From Callorhinchus milii (taxonomy: Eukaryota): a stretch of DNA of 64,000 nt. The stretch lies in the NCBI RefSeq assembly GCF_018977255.1, contig NW_024704743.1:45014001-45078000 (forward strand). The letters run 5' to 3'. Shown here one piece after another: positions 13,663 through 24,751 of this stretch. The notes under the pieces were generated by a model. That model was not told where the DNA came from. It did no database searches and saw only the letters and a program-made list of their open reading frames with translations. A program made the position numbers and the translations under genes. How positions within the stretch are numbered: the first letter of the stretch is position 1; each line of letters starts with the position of its first letter.

Positions 13663-15254
13663 TATATTGTGTTGCAGAGGAGTTGCAGAGCTATACATCT
13701 GAGTACTGGAAAAAACTTATAATTTTCATAACTTGGTTTCTTTGTTAAAACCATTAAGAAATAGCATAAACTAGCAGCCCCAACAATGTAGTTGGCAGAT
13801 GTGCAGTTTATGGACCAAGGGCTTGCTGGTTTGAATCCCACCATCTAAGCTGTGTTGAGTTTAGCCATTGACCCCCCCAATCCCTCCCCAAGATTAAATG
13901 TCTGCACTGTTTGAGGATAGACTTGCCTGTGATGACCCCAGTTAATATCTAGGCTCACACATGATGAATGGTCTCCTTGGCAAGGTCCTAGCACATGCTA
14001 AATGATAGTGGAACTGTATCCTAGCAAACAGTCAATAACGCTTTGATACCAGGAGGAGGAATACTGGAGCAAATTAAGAGAAAAAACTCTTATCCGTGAA
14101 ATTTGTATCTGCAATAATAAAGATTATTGTGGCTTCTATTAAATATCACACTTTGCACAAAATCAAATTGTCCTGTTTTTCACTTGGTTCATTTCTGATC
14201 TGGTTGTGTGTTGATTGTAAGATTTGTTGTTTAAAGAATGGGCTGGCATGAATGAAGACGATGGATTTATTTGACAGAATCAGGATTATTGACTCTCAGT
14301 TTTAATTTGCATAGACACACTGGATAGCCATTTTGAGAAATGTGGCAACCATTTTACTCAGTTGACTGGAACAGATAGAACTGACAGTGTCAGTCACTAT
14401 TTATTTTGTGTAATTTCGTAGAGAGAGAGAGCGAGCCTTTCAACATGTTTGACCTTTTATAAGATAAGCACAGCAGTGTTTTCTGCAAAAGAATTGAATT
14501 TTGGAAACATAAGAGCAGTGGACTTAATGAACCACTCGGCTTTTTTTTTCCGCTCCTTCCTGTCTTTGTAACTACATTACAATCACACATTTATTTATTA
14601 TCTCTAGCAAAACTACACTGACATTTTACTGTCGGCTCTGGCAAAAGAACTTCATAGAAACACAGAAACAGGCCACTTAACCCATCAAGTATGTGCTGCT
14701 GTTTTTCTCCACATTGAGCCATCTAATTGTTTTCCAGCTCACTCTCCATGCTCTTTCTATGCTATTCCCCTGTAAAATAATTTATAGACTTTGGCTCAGA
14801 AATAGGTTGTGACAGAGAATTTCATGTTCCAACCGCTCTCTATTTAAATATTTTTTATTTCTATTTCAAGACAGAACTGAAATAATTGAACACTTTAAGC
14901 CCTGAGCTTCCTTTGAAACCTTCAGCACATATCAGGATTTTAATATCTTCTGAAACACTTTAGCTTTAGATATCACCAGCACTTTTTTATATGTGACAAC
15001 AATAACAACTTGCATCCTTCATGTATGATAACATCTTGAAGTGATTCACAAAGACAGGCTGGATGCCAAGCAAGGGAAAGGGACATAACTGTAAGCATTG
15101 GCAAAGAATTAGGTTTTCAGCTGAGATTTAAAGATGTATAGAGATGTTGAGATGGGGGTATCCATGCCCTGGAGATAGTACAGAGGAAAACATTGAGGTT
15201 GATCCCCAGTACTGAAGGGATGAGAAATGATTAGATAAGCCAAGAAGACAAGAT

Positions 15255-16245
15255 TCTGAACAGACGTTTTAGAGGTATATAAGATGATCAAGGGATATAA
15301 AAAGCAAAACCTGGAAAAATGCTTTCAGATGTTTCTGAGTGGTAGAATGAGAGGACACAGATTAACAACAACAAGATTGCATTTGTATAGCGCCTTTCAC
15401 GTCGGGAGGATGTCCCAAGGCGCTGGACAGTGTACAGCATTTCAGAAAGGCAAAATGGCGATGGTCAGGAGGCGCTCGCAGACCTTGAGGCGCATGGGGC
15501 CGGCTGTGGCTGTGGGTTGTGCAGACTCAAGCTGGGGCGTCGGGATCCCTGGCGCTCGAGTTCGAGGTCTCCTGCGGCTGGGGAGCCTGGAGTGGAATTC
15601 GAGACGGAGGCGATCTACCCGGGATCGGGGCCCGAGGCACTCAACATCGAGCGGCTGAATGTCCAGCGGGACCTGGGACACGGTCGGCACCTGGGGCGGC
15701 TCAGCGGTGAGCGGGACCCGCAGCAAGGCTTCCCCGGTGAGGAGTTCGACGTCCTGAGCGGAGACCAGATCCAGCGCGGGGCCCGAGGCTGCCCGGTGTG
15801 GTGCGGAGGGACTCGCGAGGAGGGACCCATCGCCTCGGCTGGCCCACACCAACAGCTCCCGCGCCATCATCAGCTCCCACGCCACCATCCGGGGACTCTC
15901 AGCCACTCAACAACCGGCTGCCGCGTGACGTCATCCCGCGCGCTTCATTTGAATCTCGAGGCCAGGACTCACTGGGAAGATATGCCCCCATCTCCTCACT
16001 GAGCCTCACCAGCCCAGCCCAGCCGCCTAACCATTGCTCGCTGAACTCTCCTGTTCGTTCCGAGTCTTGGCGTGCGCACATTGGCTGCCGCAGTTGACCC
16101 GAGCTGCTTCCCCAAGATGTTTCCAACCCCCACTCCTTCCCTACACTACTCAGATTAATATTCTAAGAGGCAATTTTAGCATTAAACACTAGGAAGTATT
16201 TTTTTACACAGAGTATAGTCAACAGGTAGAACTTGTTCCCTGCGA
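15255..16245 (+). mobile_element. CR1 RT C-terminal fragment split by the 15366-16150 insertion
   Basis: Left part reads MIKG...RMRGHRL; right part reads RKYFFTQSIVNR*NLFP, matching the CR1 pattern TRGH...FFTQRVVNxWNxLP. Confidence 0.75.
15366..16150. mobile_element. Chimeric or inverted retro-insertion: L2 3' tail (minus) plus about 715 bp of GC/CpG-rich sequence
   Basis: 8-bp TSD CAGATTAA at 15358-15365 and 16151-16158; L2 tail at 15366-15430; splits a CR1 fragment. Confidence 0.85.
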
Positions 16246-18899
16246 GCAAAACAGCTTTGTGCTGCAACAGGGAGATTTTCGGGTTGGTTTTATTGGAAGG
16301 TTAGATCGCCTGCGCTGTCGGAGCACCTTGCTTTGAATTTTCTTTGTGACCTTGTCATATATCATCAGGTCAGTTGACAATGGAATGTGTCACAGGCATG
16401 TCCATTCCTGTCCTGTCCTCACCCAATCCGATCCTCAACTAACGCCCAAACATAGTCACTTTCCAGTACTGGCTATAGATCAAGATCTAGACCCTTTGCT
16501 GATTTTCTCCTCCCGATCATCTCCTTTTACCACCCCGCGCCCCCTCCCACCCCCCACAAAGCTAATTATTGTACCCTGGCTCTGATCACATACAAATATA
16601 TAGTCACTACACTTTACAGTAAAGTTTGGGAAGCACTTAGACAGGACTTTCTGATCTGTATGGCTTAGAGCTGGACTGGGTGATGCCTTAACCCACTCGA
16701 CTATCAGAGGCCAGAAATTCCACCTAGTTTTGTTTGTAAGACCATTTTGTTTTAGAATTTTGATTGTGCAAAATTGTGGAAAATGTTAAAATTCAGACTT
16801 AATTTGAAAGCTGGTTTTAATAATCTTGGTATTTGATATAGCACTTTATCAGGTAGTCAAGACATCTCCAAACACTTCCCAGGACTTTATTGTGAAGTGG
16901 ACTGTAGGCAAAATCGTCAGCCAATTTGCAATGACCCACAAACAGCTATTAAGTGAATCACCAGTTTCATGAACTGACTTCCAAATTGAGACTGAATGTA
17001 AACATTTATCCACTCCTCTACAAATCTTAAACATTAAGACAAAATGGTCTCACTGACTAAGGCCAGGTGGAATTTTGGGCCTCAGGATTGAGTACCTGGA
17101 ATTTATAAGCGATTACTACTACAACAATAACAACAACCTGCATTTATATTGCACCCTTCACCCTGGAGTGTGTTTCGGAGCTTAAATTAGGTAGTTTAAA
17201 GAAGGAACTTAATGGCCAGGGGTGACTTTTTTTCTAAAAGTTAACCAACTAGCTTGTTCTTTTTGGTCTGACAACATGAAACAAAATGAGTGACCTCCCA
17301 GTGAAACTTTCTTGATCAGACACCAGCAAACATCCAGGATAGAACACCCAGAAGGCAGCAACTTCATCATTTCTTTTTCTCAATGCTTCTATCTGGGAGC
17401 AATCGTAACGAAGATGGAGAGCTTCCAAAACCAAAGGCAGACCCAGGTATAGAGAAACCAACATGGTGAAATGGTAACACATTCTGGAATGCTGAGAAAG
17501 AAGTAGTCTTGGACAACTCATGTTCTGGTGAGTGATGCACACAGATTTTTTTGTTTAAAAAATGGACTTCCAAGTAAAAAATGTTCCTAGTTGATAAATT
17601 AATGGGTGAAAACATTCAATTTTACAAGATTTATTGTAAAAGCATGTGTGGTTCATGGATAGTCCAGTTCAGTTGATCAAAATATTCTTTCATATCTTCA
17701 TAGATGATCCTTCCATGTCCTTGGAGTCCCTCCAAGGCACTGTCGTGATCTAAGAAGAGAGCAATGAGACATCTGGTGGGTGAGAGGGCACATTCCCCAG
17801 TCACTGAATGAAGACCAAGGGATCCAGGGTCCAACTTATGCTGTTGTAACATGGGAGCACCTAGTACTTGCACTATGCAAGTCAGAGAATGTGTTACTAC
17901 AGACACTGGGAAGCGTCAGTACAGTAGATGGGTGCTGATTCTTCATCATTCCCACTGTCTGGCAAGAACGTGTAGCAAAAAGACGTTGGTATTAAACCTC
18001 AGGCCATCCTAAATGTCTTGTTGTTGCACATTCTGATTTCACCCAAAAGTACTGACTGTATCATGGAAACATTGCATCAGATTTTGCAGCTGAATTGGAG
18101 AAGGCTGGTGGAGCCAAGTTGGCTCTGCAGTTAATCTGTTCACCGCACCAGTTGAAAAGCAGCAAGCCTTCTCCTAACAGCTGTAAGATGTGGAACTCTC
18201 TTTCTCTCTGTCTCATCCTCTGAAGGCCAATCTGTGAAGGCTGTCAGATCGCCAACTGTGGCTTATGTGACTTTTCATTCAGGATGTGGAGAATCCTTTG
18301 AACAGTGAGTCCTTCCAGTGCTCAGCCGTCAGCTTGTGATAAATTCTGGTCATAGAAAAGATGCCCCTTTCGAAATAGTGTTACTAGAAAAATGTCACTG
18401 CATTCATTAAAGAACGTTTTTTTTGTTCAGTTTTTATGGGTTGATATGGGATGTGTGATGTGTTGACACTTTTGGTGCTAAAGTCGGGAGGATGTCCCAA
18501 AGCGTTTTACAGGATATACTGTCAAGTGCGGTGACTGTGTGTCTTGTGGGTGAATGAACAGATTGTTGAAGAAAGTGATCCGTTGATGTGTTCATGTATT
18601 GACTGCTGTGTTCTGTGCACTTGAAGCAACTTCTGCACCTCCCCCCATTTCCTTAATGGTTGTACCCAACAAAAGAGCCATGCATGATTAGGCTATGGCT
18701 ATTGGGATTGGATTTACAGATTGGGGAATAATAATAATTGGAGGTTACCAGAAGAACTGACTTTGTTTGTTGAGTTAAGGTTTCCTGCTAACTGGCAGCA
18801 AATGCTAGGATCTAGGAATAACAAGCCCAAGGAGGGGATTTGGCTGGCTTCTGGACGCGACCTTTGTGAATGATTTTGAGGGTTGGTGTCAGTCTTCCT

Positions 18900-19228
18900 G
18901 GCATCTCCTATCTCTCCAGCCTTTGCTTACCCTCCTCCTCTCACTGTCTTCATTTAGATAACTCAGGCTCCCCAGCCCTCCGCACCATTATTGGTGCCAA
19001 GCCTTTACTTCCTATGCCCCTAAACACTGGAACGCCTTCCTCCCATCAGTCTATCTTGCCCTCACTCTTTCTTTCATCAAGACTCCTCTCAATTCCTATC
19101 TCTTGCAAAGTGCTTATGGCCACTTCCTCTTCCCCTCCTCCCTCTTCCTTGCTCAGCTGTAAACTTCATCCTTGTAGAACATTCAAAGATATTGCCTTAA
19201 GTGAAGGGCACAAGTTGTTATTGTTGTT
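18900..19228 (+). mobile_element. Old L2 3' fragment
   Basis: Degenerate similarity to the L2 3' end, finishing in ttgttattgttgtt. Confidence 0.55.
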
Positions 19229-20594
19229 CATGCCTCCAACCTCCACACACATAGACAGTGAACAGTAAATCTTGTGAAGCACTTTGAGATATTTGGAGGA
19301 GCAGACCAGTCACTGAGGATACGGATTCTGCCTATTGGGTTCCTCTTAACCCTGCAAGCCAAAGCTTGTCAAATAGAGCAGGCACACTTTTGCTGGCTTC
19401 ATTTTTCACTGACAAGCAAATTAGTGCATCTTACTAACATTTAAGTAGAATAACGAAGGTAGGTAAACGTTTTATTTGTGTTTTTAATTTGTCTGACATT
19501 TTGTATGGTGATTTGTTTCATTGTTTGGTTTTATTGTTTCATTTTCTACTGTGCTCCAGTCCTGTCGAGGGCTTTGCCCCTTTCTACTTGATGCACAGAA
19601 TGTAAACCTACAGCATGTTGTCACTCTATTGTTGCAACAATTAAAGTTTGGGGAATTTATTGCAAGGTTCTCTTCTTTAACCTCTGGTACCTGCTTCATA
19701 TGAATCATGTAAGATATTTGGATTCAAAAGGCCCTTTGGGCCATTTGTCTCATTGTTCCTAACTTCTTTCCATTACAGCATTAACCTGTTTCATAAATGA
19801 GTCCAGCTTTATGGCCTCAATCACCTTTCCTAGTAACTCTTTCCAGTTGTAATTTCCCTTTGTACTTAGAATGAATACCTTTCACCCACAAAATAGTCAC
19901 TGTACTTTACAGTCAAGCACTTTGGGACATCCTTCCAAAGTGAAAGACGCTATACCAAATATAAAAGATTAATATGTAGAAATATTTGCTGGTGCGTCTG
20001 ACCTAAAACACTTGGTTTTCTGATACCAGTTTCACATTTCTCCCTGTTCAGGTATCTATCCAGCACTGCCCCATCCTTCAAATAAGACATTAAACCAAGG
20101 TCCCATCTGCCTGTTCAGGTGGATGTTAAAGATCCCATGGCACGATTTGAAAAGAGTAGGCAGTTTCTCCTGGTGTCTTGGCCAATAATCCCCCAAATAA
20201 AATTGGTCACTCACTCCATGGCTGTTTGTAGGACATTGAAGTGTGCAAATGGCTGCTGTGTTTCTCCCCACAAAATAAACAGTCAATCCACTTTACAGTA
20301 TGTCCTGTGAAGCACTTTGAAGCGTCTCAACAATGTGATAGGGTACTATATCAAATACAAGGATTATTATTATCATTAGAGACGTCCTCAAAGGTAAGGA
20401 ATGAGCATGAGTTTGGATGTGAGAGAGGAATGTGGGTGTGACAAAAGGGGGAGAGAGAAGGAAGGGAGTAAGTAAGTGAGAGAAGGAAGAGAGATTCAAA
20501 ACAATGAGCAAGATAGTAAACAAGTGAATATGAGAGAGGAAAGAGTGAGTGTGAAGTGTGAGAGGGAAAAGTGAATATAGGAGGCAAGAGTCTG

Positions 20595-20666
20595 AATGAA
20601 TGAATGAACGAATGATGGAACGAATGAATGAACGAATGAATGAACGAATGAATGAATGAATGAATG
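20595..20666 (+). repeat. (GAAT/GAAC)n microsatellite within a purine-rich GA tract (about 20400-21110)
   Basis: Read directly from the sequence. Confidence 0.9.
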
Positions 20667-23600
20667 CACAGTTTCAGAGGTAAAAGGGAGATAGAGGGAA
20701 AGTCACTATGGGAAGGGAGTGGAGAGAGACACGGGAGAACAATTGTGAGTAAATGTGATAGTAGAGGATAAGGGAGAGCTAAAAGACAAGAGACAGTGAG
20801 GGTTTCCCAAAGTGAAGATACAATGTCTATATAGATCTGCAGAGTGTGAGTGACTTGAGTGTGAAAGAGGAAAGAGAGAGTGAGTGAAGAGAGAGAATGG
20901 GAAAGAGCAAGTAAATGTGAGAGACAAAGAAAGAAAAAGACTCATAAAGAGTCTGACAAGAGAGAGACTGACAAAGTGACGCACATTAAGGCAGAGTGAG
21001 AAACAGAGAAACCAACCCACAGGCAGACAGGATGGGGATAAAGAGACCATTAGAAATAAGAAGTGACAGAGAGAAAAACAGAAAGAGACACAGAGACAAA
21101 ACAGGAGACAGACTCATTCACAAACATAAATTATACTTGCGCTCGCTGCCAACAGTTCACTACTGCAGACACTCATTCCCATGTGCACCCTCCTCCTTAA
21201 TGCGCATACTGGTAATATATACCTCTATATACTAAAGCTACTTGCATCTTTCCCATAGGAGTCTTAATTGGTGATTTTATTCTAGGATTGATAATCCGTG
21301 AACATGTCAGTAAGTGGAGCATGGTAACTCGCTAAAAGTGACTTCACTGTCACAACTCAACTTTCTGATATTTAGTTGTTAAAATTACCAGCATCCCAAA
21401 TATAGTCAGTTACGCTGCCCTTGACAGGAAATCTACTGACAAATGGAAGCCCATAACACTAAAGTCAGTTACGTATTGTCAAGAGGCAAATATCTCTCCG
21501 AGGGTCCCATTGGGACTTGATTTTATCGTTGAAGCTAACACTCCAGTTTAATAGTGGAGAATGTTACATTGTAGGAGGTGTTATTTTTTGAATGAGATAT
21601 TTCAAGGCTCTATCTGTTAGTTTTTAAGTGAGTGCCAAAGATCCCATGATGATAATAATAATAATCTGCATTGAAATGTTTTTAGACGTATCGAAGACGT
21701 GATAAAGGGTTATATCAAATGCAAAACATCTCAAAACGCTTCACAGGATATGCTGTAAATTGGTATGGCTGTATGAATTCTGTGGGTGAATGCAGAGGCC
21801 AATTTTGCACACAGCAATGTCCCACAAACAGCCACGGAGTGAGTGACTGATATTATTTTGGGTGTTGGTTGGCCAGGACACCAAGATAAACTTGGATAAA
21901 CTCTTTTGAAATTGTACCAGAGGATCTTTAGTGTCCACCAGACAGGTCAGGCAGACATGACCTCAGTTTCACGTTTCATCCGAAGGATAACACCTTTGAC
22001 AATGCAACATATCCTCTGCACTGGAGTGTCAACCTAGTCTAAATGGGTTCCAAGTCCCAAAGTAGTTCTTCAACCAAAACCTTTTTGACTCAGAGGTGAG
22101 ACTGCTACCAACTATAGCCAGCTTGCACACTACTTGAAAAGAGAAGGGAGTTTCTGTTGGTGTCCTGGCCAACAATCCCCCAGATATAATTGATCATAAT
22201 GACCATCTGTCGATCTTGCTGGTACAAATGTCTGCAGTATTTGCCTTCAAAACAGCTACTAAAGGGTAATAATCAAGTGCTTTGTAAAGCACTTTGCAAA
22301 ATGTTGCCACAATAAAGTGGTATTAAAAATGCAAAGTTTTCTTCTATAAAAATCCCATGGAACTGTTCGAAAAGAGAAGGGAGTATTTTTTTTCCCAGTG
22401 TCCTAGTTAAAAATCCCCCAAATTGGTTGCAATGTGTAAGGAGGAGGCTGCCAAGTTTACCTACAAAAATATACAGAGACGTGTACTATCATGCTTTGAG
22501 ATATCTTGACGATGGGTGCTATATTAAATGCAGAGATTGTGATTTTTATGATTAAGTTCAAAACTTCTCATAAACTAAAATGCTCAGTGTTTGTTAAAAA
22601 TATCATCTGCTTTACTTCTTAACTAGTTGCAACATTCCTTTTAAAATTCAATATGGTTTCTCCATGACTGTATTTGAGAGATCCCCACAATGCATGTTGC
22701 ACAGTGTGTTTTATGTACGTTTTCTATTAACGATCCATCAGCAATATAACTTACTATATATCAGAGGCTGCAGAACATCTGACACATTTATAGTGTGAGG
22801 AAATGAAGTATTCTGGTATGTGGACAATAAATGGGAAAGTAATGGAAATTCCAGTATGTGGACAGTAAATATCAATAACGAAAGTGGGTAGTAAAATATA
22901 GAAGTCAATGGGATCCTCTCACATACATCAAGTTGAAAATACCATTGTAATAATACTTACATTTGATACTGCATCTTATCATGCCAAAACATCTCAAATT
23001 GGTTCTTCACGCAGTTATTTTAGAGTAAGCCTCCAGATTAATTGGCCATTTCATCTCATCGTGCAAATGGTTGTTGTGTTTGCTAACAAAAACAGTTGTT
23101 ATGCATGACAGTAATTATTTGTGAAACGCTTTGAGACATTTCGACAGAAGGAGCTATTAAAATTCATGTTTTTCTTACAGTAATGAGTTTTTATGTAGGC
23201 AAATGTGGAAGTTAATCTACAATGGCTGATCTGCAAAAGCATCGCTCTGCACACAGCAATAAGATAAGTGACCAAATCTAATCTTTTTTGGGTCAGGCAT
23301 GTGTCTGGCACATGTGGAAACTCATCATCATGCTTAAAAATATCTCAACTAGACAGAGCTGAACATATATATTCCAACTAAAAATGAAATTGTTCTGGAA
23401 TGGAATGTTTACTCTCTCCCTGGAGGGATGCATCCTGCTTATCTAATACCAGAGGGTTTTACGCAGAGGTTAGTGAAAGGCATGGCTCGTGGACCGGAGA
23501 GCATGCGTTGGGGTATTGATGAAGTTTAACCAGCTAAAACAGTAAAGCGTGAGAGCACTGTCTGGCACACCTTCCAGAGCTAAGATTAACCCTGGGTTAA

Positions 23601-23797
23601 CAGGAACCAAGTAGGACAAATCCCTGCCCTTACAAGTCCAAAAATGAGCAGCCTGGCTCATTTGTAGTCTCACCTGGAGTACTGTGGACCTCCCCCCACC
23701 CCATCCCAGGTAGGACCATTGATGTGTATTTTTGTTACTGCACATAATGAATGAAGCTACTGTTCAAAGGACAAGGTAGGGCAGTGTTGGTATTGAC

Positions 23798-24751
23798 CAG
23801 GGGTTCTCAAACATTGTCAGAGTGAGCCTCCCTAATTTAAATAAAAACAATTTAATCTCCCATAGTTTACTAAGACAACACTTACAGGGCCACATAGTGT
23901 CATTTGCCAGAATGTCGCCACAAATAACACACAGAGGCCCTGGCACTTGCTGAAGCCGCTCCATGTAAATCCCAGTCATAAATAAACATTATCATTTTTT
24001 TAACCTCTGTGTTTTGCTGGAACCTCTGCCGCTACCATCACTTTGTCCTATGGGGTACCCATACGTTTTCTCCCTTTGTGTCGTGGAGTCCTGTAACTCA
24101 GTGGTTAGAGCACTCGCTTTGCAAGTGAGAGACCTGAGTTCAATTCCAGGCAGGGCGAAACCTTGGGCAAGTTTCCTTACTCCACACGCCTAATAATAAT
24201 CCCTCCAAAACAAAACAATAATAAAAATTGGTCATTTTCAATCTACGACTGTTTGTGGGACATTGCTGTGCGCAATTGGCTGCCGCGTTCGCCCACAAAT
24301 ATATAGTCAATTCACTTTACAGAGTGTTCTGTGAAGCGCTTTGGGATGTCCTCCCAACGTGAAAAGCGCTATATCAAATGCAAGGATTATTATTATTATA
24401 AAACAATCTATTTTTCCGAACGGATCTTTCTGTTGGAAAATGTTTTTGGTAAAATTTGTCCCAAAAACTTGTTTTTAAAATCATCAAACCATTTTTTTTT
24501 AAAAATCGACATGGAACTGCATACGTCCCAATGGCCCTTTTTAAAATAAAAAAAATCTTTACCTATGAGTGCTGGAATCAGCTAGGCGGTGTGCCGACCT
24601 CTCAAGGTTATTGCAGGAACCATGCACTCACACGCACACACAGCCCAGCCGATTTCCGCACTCACAGGGAAGGGAAGGATTTTTAAAAAAACGGGATGTT
24701 TCTTAAAGTATGGGGCCCTGGGAAGAGGGCCCCATACTTTAAGAACATCTG
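23798..24751 (-). mobile_element. Deleted hAT (Charlie/Buster-type) DNA transposon with nested SINE
   Basis: Left TIR CAGGGGTTCTCAAAC (23798-23812); degenerate right TIR ctttaagaacatctg (24737-24751); 8-bp TSD GTATTGAC/GTATAGAC; minus-strand remnant LGFTWSG / PLCVICGDILANDTMWPCK resembles the N-terminal BED region of the transposase. Confidence 0.75.
24085..24399 (+). mobile_element. tRNA-derived Deu-domain SINE, short subfamily
   Basis: A box taactcagtgg, B box gttcaattcc, Deu core gtgcgcaattggctgccgcg, tail gtgaaaagcgctatatcaaatgcaagga(tta)n. Confidence 0.92.

Noticed and set aside
17230..18360. Possible decayed coding sequence (also about 26960-27400 and 61390-61900)
   Set aside because: No recognisable motif or termini; cannot be supported without a homology search.
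20595..20666. Short periodic repeats as a CRISPR-like array
   Set aside because: Simple tetranucleotide microsatellite in a eukaryotic intron, with no spacers.
24085..24156. tRNA-Ala-like cloverleaf heads (also 9690-9765, 46680-46749, 59848-59918)
   Set aside because: They continue into SINE body and tail and vary among copies, so they are SINE heads and not tRNA genes.
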